This document shows positions 20,801 to 33,855 of a stretch of 64,000 nucleotides of DNA, in pieces. Where the stretch lies: the NCBI GenBank assembly GCA_030390025.1, contig CM059432.1:109742001-109806000 (forward strand), in the 5' to 3' direction. Below the pieces are notes generated by a model. That model did not search any database, had not been told where the DNA came from, and saw only the letters and a list, made by a program, of their open reading frames with translations. This DNA comes from Squalus acanthias. Taxonomy: Eukaryota. Numbering within the stretch: the stretch's first letter is position 1; the number at the start of each line of letters is the position of its first letter. Position numbers and translations under genes: made by a program.

Positions 20801-23800
20801 TGTTCTGAGTCTCCTCACTCTCCGTCCTGTGACAGTTTGTTCTGAGTCTCCTCACTCTGTCCTGTGACAGTTTGTTCTGAGTCTCCTCACTCTCTGTCCT
20901 GTGACAGTTTGTTCTGAGTCTCCTCACTCTCTGTCCTGTGACAGTTTGTTCTGAGTCTCCTCACTCTGTCCTGTGACAGTTTGTTCTGAGTCTCCTCACT
21001 CTCTGTCCTGTGACAGTTTGTTCTGAGTCTCCTCACTCTCTGTCCTGTGACAGTTTGTTCTGAGTCTCCTCACTCTGTCCTGTGACAGTTTGTTCTGAGT
21101 CTCCTCACTCTCTGTCCTGTGACAGTTTGTTCTGAGTCTCCTCACTCTCGTCCTGTGACAGTTTGTTCTGAGTCTCCTCACTCTGTCCTGTGACAGTTTG
21201 TTCTGAGTCTCCTCACTCTCTGTCCTGTGACAGTTTGTTCTGAGTCTCCTCACTCTGTCCTGTGACAGTTTGTTCTGAGTCTCCTCACTCTCGTCCTGTG
21301 ACAGTTTGTTCTGAGTCTCCTCACTCTCTGTCCTGTGACAGTTTGTTCTGAGTCTCCTCACTCTGTCCTGTGACAGTTTGTTCTGAGTCTCCTCACTCTC
21401 TGTCCTGTGACAGTTTGTTCTGAGTCTCCTCACTCTCTGTCCTGTGACAGTTTGTTCTGAGTCTCCTCACTCTCGTCCTGTGACAGTTTGTTCTGAGTCT
21501 CCTCACTCTGTCCTGTGACAGTTTGTTCTGAGTCTCCTCACTCTCTGTCCTGTGACAGTTTGTTCTGAGTCTCCTCACTCTCTGTCCTGTGACAGTTTGT
21601 TCTGAGTCTCCTCACTCTCTGTCCTGTGACAGTTTGTTCTGAGTCTCCTCACTCTGTCCTGTGGCAGTTTGTTCTGAGTCTCCTCACTCTCTGTCCTGTG
21701 ACAGTTTGTTCTGAGTCTCCTCACTCTCGTCCTGTGACAGTTTGTTCTGAGTCTCCTCACTCTCGTCCTGTGACAGTTTGTTCTGAGTCTCCTCACTCTC
21801 TGTCCTGTGACAGTTTGTTCTGAGTCTCCTCACTCTGTCCTGTGGCAGTTTGTTCTGAGTCTCCTCACTCTCTGTCCTGTGACAGTTTGTTCTGAGTCTC
21901 CTCACTCTCTGTCCTGTGACAGTTTGTTCTGAGTCTCCTCACTCTCTGTCCTGTGACAGTTTGTTCTGAGTCTCCTCACTCTCTGTCCTGTGACAGTTTG
22001 TTCTGAGTCTCCTCACTCTCGTCCTGTGACAGTTTGTTCTGAGTCTCCTCACTCTGTCCTGTGGCAGTTTGTTCTGAGTCTCCTCACTCTCTGTCCTGTG
22101 ACAGTTTGTTCTGAGTCTCCTCACTCTCTGTCCTGTGACAGTTTGTTCTGAGTCTCCTCACTCTCTGTCCTGTGACAGTTTGTTCTGAGTCTCCTCACTC
22201 TCGTCCTGTGACAGTTTGTTCTGAGTCTCCTCACTCTGTCCTGTGGCAGTTTGTTCTGAGTCTCCTCACTCTCTGTCCTGTGGCAGTTTGTTCTGAGTCT
22301 CCTCACTCTCTGTCCTGTGACAGTTTGTTCTGAGTCTCCTCACTCTCTGTCCTGTGACAGTTTGTTCTGAGTCTCCTCACTCTGTCCTGTGGCAGTTTGT
22401 TCTGAGTCTCCTCACTCTCTGTCCTGTGGCAGTTTGTTCTGAGTCTCCTCACTCTCGTCCTGTGACAGTTTGTTCTGAGTCTCCTCACTCTCTGTCCTGT
22501 GACAGTTTGTTCTGAGTCTCCTCACTCTCTGTCCTGTGACAGTTTGTTCTGAGTCTCCTCACTCTCTGTCCTGTGACAGTTTGTTCTGAGTCTCCTCACT
22601 CTCCGTCCTGTGACAGTTTGTTCTGAGTCTCCTCACTCTCTGTCCTGTGACAGTTTGTTCTGAGTCTCCTCACTCTGTCCTGTGACAGTTTGTTCTGAGT
22701 CTCCTCACTCTCTGTCCTGTGACAGTTTGTTCTGAGTCTCCTCACTCTGTCCTGTGACAGTTTGTTCTGAGTCTCCTCACTCTCTGTCCTGTGACAGTTT
22801 GTTCTGAGTCTCCTCACTCTCTGTCCTGTGGCAGTTTGTTCTGAGTCTCCTCACTCTGTCCTGTGACAGTTTGTTCTGTGTCTCCTCACTCTGTCCTGTG
22901 ACAGTTTGTTCTGAGTCTCCTCACTCTCTGTCCTGTGACAGTTTGTTCTGAGACTCCTCACTCTGTCCTGTGGCAGTTTGTTCTGAGTCTCCTCACTCTC
23001 TGTCCTGTGACAGTTTGTTCTGAGTCTCCTCACTCTCTGTCCTGTGACAGTTTGTTCTGAGTCTCCTCACTCTGTCCTGTGACAGTTTGTTCTGAGTCTC
23101 CTCACTCTGTCCTGTGACAGTTTGTTCTGTGTCTCCTCACTCTCTGTCCTGTGACTGTTTGTTCTGAGTCTCCTCACTCTGTCCTGTGACAGTTTGTTCT
23201 GAGTCTCCTCACTCTCTGTTCTGTGACAGTTTGTTCTGAGTCTCCTCACTCTCCGTCCTGTGACAGTTTGTTCTGAGTCTCCTCACTCTGTCCTGTGACA
23301 GTTTCTTCTGAGTCTCCTCACTCTCTGTCCTGTGACAGTTTGTTCTGTGTCTCCTCACTCTGTCCTGTGGCAGTTTGTTCTGAGTCTCCTCACTCTCCGT
23401 CCTGTGACAGTTTGTTCTGTGTCTCCTCACTCTCTGTCCTGTGACAGTTTGTTCTGAGTCTCCTCACTCTGTTCTGTGACAGTTTGTTCTGAGTCTCCTC
23501 ACTCTCTGTCCTGTGACAGTTTGTTCTGAGTCTCCTCACTCTCTGTCCTGTGGCAGTTTGTTCTGAGTCTCCTCACTCTCCGTCCTGTGACAGTTTGTTC
23601 TGAGTCTCCTCACTCTCTGTCCTGTGACAGTTTGTTCTGAGTCTCCTCACTCTGTCCTGTGGCAGTTTCTTCTGAGTCTCCTCACTCTCTGTCCTGTGGC
23701 AGTTTGTTCTGAGTCTCCTCACTCTCCGTCCTGTGACAGTTTGTTCTGAGTCTCCTCACTCTCCGTCCTGTGACAGTTTGTTCTGAGTCTCCTCACTCTC

Positions 23801-26800
23801 TGACCTGAGACAGTTTGTTCTGAGTCTCCTCACTCTGTCCTGTGACAGTTTGTTCTGAGTCTCCTCACTCTGTCCTGTGGCAGTTTGTTCTGAGTCTCCT
23901 CACTCTCTGTCCTGTGACAGTTTGTTCTGAGTCTCCTCACTCTCCGTCCTGTGACAGTTTGTTCTGAGTCTCCTCACTCTCTGTCCTGAGACAGTTTGTT
24001 CTGAGTCTCCTCACTCTGTCCTGTGACAGTTTGTTCTGAGTCTCCTCACTCTGTCCTGTGACAGTTTGTTCTGAGTCTCCTCACTCTCTGTCCTGTGACA
24101 GTTTGTTCTGAGTCTCCTCACTCTCTGTCCTGTGACAGTTTGTTCTGAGTCTCCTCACTCTGTCCTGTGACAGTTTGTTCTGAGTCTCCTCACTCTGTCC
24201 TGTGACAGTTTGTTCTGAGTCTCCTCACTCTCTGTCCTGTGACAGTTTGTTCTGAGTCTCCTCACTCTCTGTCCTGTGACAGTTTGTTCTGAGTCTCCTC
24301 ACTCTCTGTCCTGTGACAGTTTGTTCTGAGTCTCCTCACTCTCCGTCCTGTGACAGTTTGTTCTGAGTCTCCTCACTCTCTGTCCTGTGACAGTTTGTTC
24401 TGAGTCTCCTCACTCTGTCCTGTGACAGTTTGTTCTGAGTCTCCTCACTCTCTGTCCTGTGGCAGTTTGTTCTGAGTCTCCTCACTCTCTGTCCTGTGAC
24501 AGTTTGTTCTGAGTCTCCTCACTCTGTCCTGTGGCAGTTTGTTCTGAGTCTCCTCACTCTCCGTCCTGTGGCAGTTTGTTCTGAGTCTCCTCACTCTCCG
24601 TCCTGTGACAGTTTGTTCTGTGTCTCCTCACTCTGTCCTGTGGCAGTTTGTTCTGAGTCTCCTCACTCTGTCCTGTGACAGTTTGTTCTGAGTCTCCTCA
24701 CTCTCTGTCCTGTGACAGTTTGTTCTGAGTCTCCTCACTCTCTGTCCTGTGACAGTTTGTTCTGAGTCTCCTCACTCTGTCCTGTGACAGTTTGTTCTGA
24801 GTCTCCTCACTCTCTGTCCTGTGGCAGTTTGTTCTGAGTCTCCTCACTCTGTCCTGTGACAGTTTGTTCTGAGTCTCCTCACTCTCTGTCCTGTGACAGT
24901 TTGTTCTGAGTCTCCTCACTCTGTCCTGTGACAGTTTGTTCTGAGTCTCCTCACTCTCTGTCCTGTGGCAGTTTGTTCTGAGTCTCCTCACTCTCTGTCC
25001 TGTGACAGTTTGTTCTGAGTCTCCTCACTCTCTGTCCTGTGACAGTTTGTTCTGAGTCTCCTCACTCTCTGTCCTGTGACAGTTTGTTCTGAGTCTCCTC
25101 ACTCTGTCCTGTGACAGTTTGTTCTGAGTCTCCTCACTCTCTGTCCTGTGACAGTTTGTTCTGAGTCTCCTCACTCTGTCCTGTGACAGTTTGTTCTGAG
25201 TCTCCTCACTCTGTCCTGTGGCAGTTTGTTCTGAGTCTCCTCACTCTCTGTCCTGTGACAGTTTGTTCTGAGTCTCCTCACTCTGTCCTGTGACAGTTTG
25301 TTCTGAGTCTCCTCACTCTCTGTCCTGTGACAGTTTGTTCTGAGTCTCCTCACTCTGTCCTGTGACAGTTTGTTCTGAGTCTCCTCACTCTCTGTCCTGT
25401 GACAGTTTGTTCTGAGTCTCCTCACTCTCTGTCCTGTGACAGTTTGTTCTGAGTCTCCTCACTCTGTCCTGTGACAGTTTGTTCTGAGTCTCCTCACTCT
25501 CTGTCCTGTGACAGTTTGTTCTGAGTCTCCTCACTCTGTCCTGTGACAGTTTGTTCTGAGTCTCCTCACTCTCGTCCTGTGACAGTTTGTTCTGAGTCTC
25601 CTCACTCTCTGTCCTGTGACAGTTTGTTCTGAGTCTCCTCACTCTGTCCTGTGACAGTTTGTTCTGAGTCTCCTCACTCTCTGTCCTGTGACAGTTTGTT
25701 CTGAGTCTCCTCACTCTCTGTCCTGTGACAGTTTGTTCTGAGTCTCCTCACTCTCGTCCTGTGACAGTTTGTTCTGAGTCTCCTCACTCTCTGTCCTGTG
25801 ACAGTTTGTTCTGAGTCTCCTCACTCTCTGTCCTGTGACAGTTTGTTCTGAGTCTCCTCACTCTCTGTCCTGTGACAGTTTGTTCTGAGTCTCCTCACTC
25901 TCTGTCCTGTGACAGTTTGTTCTGAGTCTCCTCACTCTCTGTCCTGTGACAGTTTGTTCTGAGTCTCCTCACTCTCTGTCCTGTGACAGTTTGTTCTGAG
26001 TCTCCTCACTCTCTGTCCTGTGACAGTTTGTTCTGAGTCTCCTCACTCTCTGTCCTGTGACAGTTTGTTCTGAGTCTCCTCACTCTCTGTCCTGTGACAG
26101 TTTGTTCTGAGTCTCCTCACTCTCTGTCCTGTGACAGTTTGTTCTGAGTCTCCTCACTCTCTGTCCTGTGACAGTTTGTTCTGAGTCTCCTCACTCTCTG
26201 TCCTGTGACAGTTTGTTCTGAGTCTCCTCACTCTCTGTCCTGTGACAGTTTGTTCTGAGTCTCCTCACTCTGTCCTGTGACAGTTTGTTCTGAGTCTCCT
26301 CACTCTGTCCTGTGACAGTTTGTTCTGAGTCTCCTCACTCTCGTCCTGTGACAGTTTGTTCTGAGTCTCCTCACTCTCTGTCCTGTGACAGTTTGTTCTG
26401 AGTCTCCTCACTCTCGTCCTGTGACAGTTTGTTCTGAGTCTCCTCACTCTCTGTCCTGTGACAGTTTGTTCTGAGTCTCCTCACTCTGTCCTGTGACAGT
26501 TTGTTCTGAGTCTCCTCACTCTCGTCCTGTGACAGTTTGTTCTGAGTCTCCTCACTCTCTGTCCTGTGACAGTTTGTTCTGAGTCTCCTCACTCTGTCCT
26601 GTGACAGTTTGTTCTGAGTCTCCTCACTCTCTGTCCTGTGACAGTTTGTTCTGAGTCTCCTCACTCTCGTCCTGTGACAGTTTGTTCTGAGTCTCCTCAC
26701 TCTCTGTCCTGTGACAGTTTGTTCTGAGTCTCCTCACTCTCTGTCCTGTGACAGTTTGTTCTGAGTCTCCTCACTCTCTGTCCTGTGACAGTTTGTTCTG

Positions 26801-29800
26801 AGTCTCCTCACTCTGTCCTGTGACAGTTTGTTCTGAGTCTCCTCACTCTGTCCTGTGACAGTTTGTTCTGAGTCTCCTCACTCTCTGTCCTGTGACAGTT
26901 TGTTCTGAGTCTCCTCACTCTCTGTCCTGTGACAGTTTGTTCTGAGTCTCCTCACTCTCTGTCCTGTGACAGTTTGTTCTGAGTCTCCTCACTCTGTCCT
27001 GTGACAGTTTGTTCTGAGTCTCCTCACTCTGTCCTGTGACAGTTTGTTCTGAGTCTCCTCACTCTCTGTCCTGTGACAGTTTGTTCTGAGTCTCCTCACT
27101 CTCTGTCCTGTGACAGTTTGTTCTGAGTCTCCTCACTCTGTCCTGTGACAGTTTGTTCTGAGTCTCCTCACTCTCGTCCTGTGACAGTTTGTTCTGAGTC
27201 TCCTCACTCTCTGTCCTGTGACAGTTTGTTCTGAGTCTCCTCACTCTCGTCCTGTGACAGTTTGTTCTGAGTCTCCTCACTCTCTGTCCTGTGACAGTTT
27301 GTTCTGAGTCTCCTCACTCTGTCCTGTGACAGTTTGTTCTGAGTCTCCTCACTCTGTCCTGTGGCAGTTTGTTCTGAGTCTCCTCACTCTCTGTCCTGTG
27401 ACAGTTTGTTCTGAGTCTCCTCACTCTCTGTCCTGTGACAGTTTGTTCTGAGTCTCCTCACTCTGTCCTGTGACAGTTTGTTCTGAGTCTCCTCACTCTC
27501 TGTCCTGTGACAGTTTGTTCTGAGTCTCCTCACTCTCTGTCCTGTGACAGTTTGTTCTGAGTCTCCTCACTCTCGTCCTGTGACAGTTTGTTCTGAGTCT
27601 CCTCACTCTCTGTCCTGTGACAGTTTGTTCTGAGTCTCCTCACTCTCTGTCCTGTGACAGTTTGTTCTGAGTCTCCTCACTCTGTCCTGTGACAGTTTGT
27701 TCTGAGTCTCCTCACTCTCTGTCCTGTGACAGTTTGTTCTGAGTCTCCTCACTCTCTGTCCTGTGACAGTTTGTTCTGAGTCTCCTCACTCTGTCCTGTG
27801 ACAGTTTGTTCTGAGTCTCCTCACTCTCTGTCCTGTGACAGTTTGTTCTGAGTCTCCTCACTCTGTCCTGTGACAGTTTGTTCTGAGTCTCCTCACTCTC
27901 TGTCCTGTGACAGTTTGTTCTGAGTCTCCTCACTCTCTGTCCTGTGACAGTTTGTTCTGAGTCTCCTCACTCTCGTCCTGTGACAGTTTGTTCTGAGTCT
28001 CCTCACTCTCTGTCCTGTGACAGTTTGTTCTGAGTCTCCTCACTCTCTGTCCTGTGACAGTTTGTTCTGAGTCTCCTCACTCTCTGTCCTGTGACAGTTT
28101 GTTCTGAGTCTCCTCACTCTGTCCTGTGACAGTTTGTTCTGAGTCTCCTCACTCTCTGTCCTGTGACAGTTTGTTCTGAGTCTCCTCACTCTCTGTCCTG
28201 TGACAGTTTGTTCTGAGTCTCCTCACTCTCTGTCCTGTGACAGTTTGTTCTGAGTCTCCTCACTCTCTGTCCTGTGACAGTTTGTTCTGAGTCTCCTCAC
28301 TCTGTCCTGTGACAGTTTGTTCTGAGTCTCCTCACTCTCTGTCCTGTGACAGTTTGTTCTGAGTCTCCTCACTCTCTGTCCTGTGACAGTTTGTTCTGAG
28401 TCTCCTCACTCTCTGTCCTGTGGCAGTTTGTTCTGAGTCTCCTCACTCTCTGTCCTGTGGCAGTTTGTTCTGAGTCTCCTCACTCTCGTCCTGTGACAGT
28501 TTGTTCTGAGTCTCCTCACTCCTGTCCTGTGGCAGTTTGTTCTGAGTCTCCTCACTCTCTGTCCTGTGACAGTTTGTTCTGAGTCTCCTCACTCTCTGTC
28601 CTGTGACAGTTTGTTCTGAGTCTCCTCACTCTCTGTCCTGTGACAGTTTGTTCTGAGTCTCCTCACTCTGTCCTGTGACAGTTTGTTCTGAGTCTCCTCA
28701 CTCTCGTCCTGTGGCAGTTTGTTCTGAGTCTCCTCACTCTGTCCTGTGACAGTTTGTTCTGAGTCTCCTCACTCTCTGTCCTGTGACAGTTTGTTCTGAG
28801 TCTCCTCACTCTCTGTCCTGTGACAGTTTGTTCTGAGTCTCCTCACTCTCTGTCCTGTGGCAGTTTGTTCTGAGTCTCCTCACTCTCTGTCCTGTGACAG
28901 TTTGTTCTGAGTCTCCTCACTCTCTGTCCTGTGACAGTTTGTTCTGAGTCTCCTCACTCTCTGTCCTGTGACAGTTTGTTCTGAGTCTCCTCACTCTGTC
29001 CTGTGACAGTTTGTTCTGAGTCTCCTCACTCTCTGTCCTGTGACAGTTTGTTCTGAGTCTCCTCACTCTCTGTCCTGTGACAGTTTGTTCTGAGTCTCCT
29101 CACTCTCTGTCCTGTGACAGTTTGTTCTGAGTCTCCTCACTCTCGTCCTGTGGCAGTTTGTTCTGAGTCTCCTCACTCTGTCCTGTGACAGTTTGTTCTG
29201 AGTCTCCTCACTCTCTGTCCTGTGACAGTTTGTTCTGAGTCTCCTCACTCTGTCCTGTGACAGTTTGTTCTGAGTCTCCTCACTCTCTGTCCTGTGACAG
29301 TTTGTTCTGAGTCTCCTCACTCTCTGTCCTGTGACAGTTTGTTCTGAGTCTCCTCACTCTGTCCTGTGACAGTTTGTTCTGAGTCTCCTCACTCTCTGTC
29401 CTGTGACAGTTTGTTCTGAGTCTCCTCACTCTCTGTCCTGTGACAGTTTGTTCTGAGTCTCCTCACTCTCTGTCCTGTGACAGTTTGTTCTGAGTCTCCT
29501 CACTCTCTGTCCTGTGACAGTTTGTTCTGAGTCTCCTCACTCTGTCCTGTGACAGTTTGTTCTGAGTCTCCTCACTCTCTGTCCTGTGACAGTTTGTTCT
29601 GAGTCTCCTCACTCTCTGTCCTGTGACAGTTTGTTCTGAGTCTCCTCACTCTGTCCTGTGACAGTTTGTTCTGAGTCTCCTCACTCTCTGTCCTGTGACA
29701 GTTTGTTCTGAGTCTCCTCACTCTCTGTCCTGTGACAGTTTGTTCTGAGTCTCCTCACTCTCTGTCCTGTGACAGTTTGTTCTGAGTCTCCTCACTCTCT

Positions 29801-32428
29801 GTCCTGTGACAGTTTGTTCTGAGTCTCCTCACTCTCTGTCCTGTGACAGTTTGTTCTGAGTCTCCTCACTCTCTGTCCTGTGACAGTTTGTTCTGAGTCT
29901 CCTCACTCTCTGTCCTGTGACAGTTTGTTCTGAGTCTCCTCACTCTCTGTCCTGTGACAGTTTGTTCTGAGTCTCCTCACTCTCTGTCCTGTGACAGTTT
30001 GTTCTGAGTCTCCTCACTCTCTGTCCTGTGACAGTTTGTTCTGAGTCTCCTCACTCTCTGTCCTGTGACAGTTTGTTCTGAGTCTCCTCACTCTCTGTCC
30101 TGTGACAGTTTGTTCTGAGTCTCCTCACTCTCTGTCCTGTGACAGTTTGTTCTGAGTCTCCTCACTCTGTCCTGTGACAGTTTGTTCTGAGTCTCCTCAC
30201 TCTGTCCTGTGGCAGTTTGTTCTGAGTCTCCTCACTCTCCGTCCTGTGACAGTTTGTTCTGAGTCTCCTCACTCTGTCCTGTGACAGTTTGTTCTGAGTC
30301 TCCTCACTCTCGTCCTGTGACAGTTTGTTCTGAGTCTCCTCACTCTCTGTCCTGTGACAGTTTGTTCTGAGTCTCCTCACTCTGTCCTGTGACAGTTTGT
30401 TCTGAGTCTCCTCACTCTCTGTCCTGTGACAGTTTGTTCTGAGTCTCCTCACTCTCTGTCCTGTGACAGTTTGTTCTGAGTCTCCTCACTCTGTCCTGTG
30501 ACAGTTTGTTCTGAGTCTCCTCACTCTCTGTCCTGTGGACAGTTTGTTCTGAGTCTCCTCACTCTCTGTCCTGTGACAGTTTGTTCTGAGTCTCCTCACT
30601 CTCTGTCCTGTGACAGTTTGTTCTGAGTCTCCTCACTCTCTGTCCTGTGACAGTTTGTTCTGAGTCTCCTCACTCTGTCCTGTGACAGTTTGTTCTGAGT
30701 CTCCTCACTCTCTGTCCTGTGACAGTTTGTTCTGAGTCTCCTCACTCTGTCCTGTGACAGTTTGTTCTGAGTCTCCTCACTCTGTCCTGTGACAGTTTGT
30801 TCTGAGTCTCCTCACTCTCTGTCCTGTGACAGTTTGTTCTGAGTCTCCTCACTCTGTCCTGTGACAGTTTGTTCTGAGTCTCCTCACTCTCTGTCCTGTG
30901 ACAGTTTGTTCTGAGTCTCCTCACTCTCTGTCCTGTGACAGTTTGTTCTGAGTCTCCTCACTCTCTGTCCTGTGACAGTTTGTTCTGAGTCTCCTCACTC
31001 TCTGTCCTGTGACAGTTTGTTCTGAGTCTCCTCACTCTCTGTCCTGTGACAGTTTGTTCTGAGTCTCCTCACTCTCTGTCCTGTGACAGTTTGTTCTGAG
31101 TCTCCTCACTCTCTGTCCTGTGACAGTTTGTTCTGAGTCTCCTCACTCTGTCCTGTGACAGTTTGTTCTGAGTCTCCTCACTCTCTGTCCTGTGGCAGTT
31201 TGTTCTGAGTCTCCTCACTCTCGTCCTGTGACAGTTTGTTCTGAGTCTCCTCACTCTCTGTCCTGTGACAGTTTGTTCTGAGTCTCCTCACTCTCTGTCC
31301 TGTGACAGTTTGTTCTGAGTCTCCTCACTCTCTGTCCTGTGACAGTTTGTTCTGAGTCTCCTCACTCTCTGTCCTGTGACAGTTTGTTCTGAGTCTCCTC
31401 ACTCTCTGTCCTGTGACAGTTTGTTCTGAGTCTCCTCACTCTCTGTCCTGTGACAGTTTGTTCTGAGTCTCCTCACTCTCTGTCCTGTGACAGTTTGTTC
31501 TGAGTCTCCTCACTCTCTGTCCTGTGACAGTTTGTTCTGAGTCTCCTCACTCTCTGTCCTGTGACAGTTTGTTCTGAGTCTCCTCACTCTGTCCTGTGAC
31601 AGTTTGTTCTGAGTCTCCTCACTCTCTGTCCTGTGACAGTTTGTTCTGAGTCTCCTCACTCTCTGTCCTGTGACAGTTTGTTCTGAGTCTCCTCACTCTC
31701 GTCCTGTGACAGTTTGTTCTGAGTCTCCTCACTCTCTGTCCTGTGACAGTTTGTTCTGAGTCTCCTCACTCTCTGTCCTGTGACAGTTTGTTCTGAGTCT
31801 CCTCACTCTCTGTCCTGTGACAGTTTGTTCTGAGTCTCCTCACTCTCTGTCCTGTGACAGTTTGTTCTGAGTCTCCTCACTCTGTCCTGTGACAGTTTGT
31901 TCTGAGTCTCCTCACTCTCTGTCCTGTGACAGTTTGTTCTGAGTCTCCTCACTCTCTGTCCTGTGACAGTTTGTTCTGAGTCTCCTCACTCTCTGTCCTG
32001 TGACAGTTTGTTCTGAGTCTCCTCACTCTCTGTCCTGTGACAGTTTGTTCTGAGTCTCCTCACTCTCTGTCCTGTGGCAGTTTGTTCTGAGTCTCCTCAC
32101 TCTCTGTCCTGTGACAGTTTGTTCTGAGTCTCCTCACTCTCTGTCCTGTGACAGTTTGTTCTGAGTCTCCTCACTCTCTGTCCTGTGACAGTTTGTTCTG
32201 AGTCTCCTCACTCTCTGTCCTGTGACAGTTTGTTCTGAGTCTCCTCACTCTCTGTCCTGTGACAGTTTGTTCTGAGTCTCCTCACTCTCTGTCCTGTGAC
32301 AGTTTGTTCTGAGTCTCCTCACTCTCTGTCCTGTGACAGTTTGTTCTGAGTCTCCTCACTCTCTGTCCTGTGACAGTTTGTTCTGAGTCTCCTCACTCTC
32401 TGTCCTGTGACAGTTTGTTCTGAGTCTC
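11899..32428. repeat. Tandem satellite of 35/36/37-bp units CTCCTCACTC(TC)TGTCCTGTGACAGTTTGTTCTGAGT, at least 20.5 kb, roughly 560-570 units
   Basis: Directly visible and highly homogeneous. Truncated by the assembly gap. Confidence 0.99.
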
Positions 32429-32628
32429 NNNNNNNNNNNNNNNNNNNNNNNNNNNNNNNNNNNNNNNNNNNNNNNNNNNNNNNNNNNNNNNNNNNNNNNN
32501 NNNNNNNNNNNNNNNNNNNNNNNNNNNNNNNNNNNNNNNNNNNNNNNNNNNNNNNNNNNNNNNNNNNNNNNNNNNNNNNNNNNNNNNNNNNNNNNNNNNN
32601 NNNNNNNNNNNNNNNNNNNNNNNNNNNN
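32429..32628. other. Assembly gap (200 N)
   Basis: Run of N. Confidence 1.
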
Positions 32629-33232
32629 AACTCCACCTCCTCCTCCTTCTACTCCTCCTCCTCCTCCTCCTCCTCCTTCAACTCCTCCTCCTCCTCCTCC
32701 TTCAACTCCTCCTCCTCCTCCTCCTCCTTCAACTCCTCCTCCTCCTCCTCCTTCAACTCCTCCTCCTCCTCCTTCAACTCCTCCTCCTCCTCCTTCAACT
32801 CCTCCTCCTCCTTTCCTCCTCCTCCTTTCCTCCTCCTCCTCCTCCTCCTCCTTCAACTCCTCCTCCTTCAACTCCTCCTCCTTCAACTCCTCCTCCTCCT
32901 CCTTCAACTCCTCCTCCTCCTTCAACTCCTCCTCCTCCTCCTTCAACTCCTCCTCCTCCTCCAACTCCTCCTCCTCCTCCTTCAACTCCTCCTCCTCCTT
33001 CAACTCCTCCTCCTCCTTTTCAACTCCTCCTCCTCCTCCTTCAACTCCTCCTCCTCCTTCAACTCCTCCTTCTTCTTCTTCTTCTTCTTCTTCTTCCACT
33101 CCTTCTTCTTCTTCAACTCCTTCTTCTTCTTCTTCTTCTCCAACTCCTCCTCCTCCTCTTCTTCTTCTTCTTCTTCTTCTTAAGCTCCTCCTCCTCCTCT
33201 TCTTCTTCAACTTCTTATTCTTCTCTTTCTTC
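32629..33232. repeat. Polypyrimidine triplet tract: (CCT)n punctuated by TTCAA, grading into (CTT)n
   Basis: Directly visible. Confidence 0.97.
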
Positions 33233-33235
33233 TGA

Positions 33236-33855
33236 TGAAGGGAATTGAATACAAAAGTAGGGAGGTTATGCTTCATTTATACAGATCATTGGTGAGACCA
33301 TATCTGGAGTACTGTGTACAGTATTGGTCTTCTTATTTAAGGACGGATGTAACTGCGTTGGACGCAGTTCAGAGAAGGTTTACTAGACTAATACCTGGAA
33401 TGGGCGGGTTGTCTTATGAGGAAAGGTTGGACAGGCTAGGCTTTTATCCGCTGGAGTTTAGACGAGTAAGAGGTGACTTGATTGAAACATATAAGATCCT
33501 GAGGGATCTTGACTGGGTGGATGTGGAGAGGATGTTTCCTCTTGTGGGAGAATCTAGAACTAGGGGTCACTGTTTAAAAATAAGGGGTCGCCCATTTAAG
33601 ACTGAGATGAGGAGAATTTCTTTCTCACAGAGGGTCGTGAGTCTTTGGAACTCTCTTCGTCAGATGACGGTGGAAGCAGAGTCTTTGAATATTTTTAAGC
33701 CAGAGTTAGATAGATTCTTGATAAGCAACGGGGTGAAAGGTTATCGGGGGTAGGCGGGAATGTGGAGTAATCAGATCAGCCATGATCTTATTGAATGGCG
33801 GAGCAGGCTCGAGCGGCCGAGTTGCCTACTCCTGCTCCTAATTCGTATGTTTGTA
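33236..33855 (+). mobile_element. 5'-truncated CR1, 3' end of ORF2 plus 3' UTR
   Basis: GIEYKSREVMLHLYRSLVRPYLEYC…; tail CCTACTCCTGCTCCTAATTCGTATGTTTGTA. Confidence 0.92.

Noticed and set aside
12931..32420. Many ORFs reading RRLRTNCHRTESEETQNKLSQD
   Set aside because: They are by-products of the 72-bp (35+37) periodicity, with alternative starts and constant frame breaks.
11899..32428. CRISPR-like array of about 36-bp repeats
   Set aside because: There are no unique spacers: units are head-to-tail. No cas genes, and the context is eukaryotic.
33228..33250. TTCTGATGAAGG resembling a third hammerhead start
   Set aside because: No stem II or GAAA follows. It is the junction between the CTT tract and a CR1.
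32356..33276. Glu/Gly-rich and Ser/Leu-rich ORFs
   Set aside because: These are triplet-repeat translations that span an N gap.
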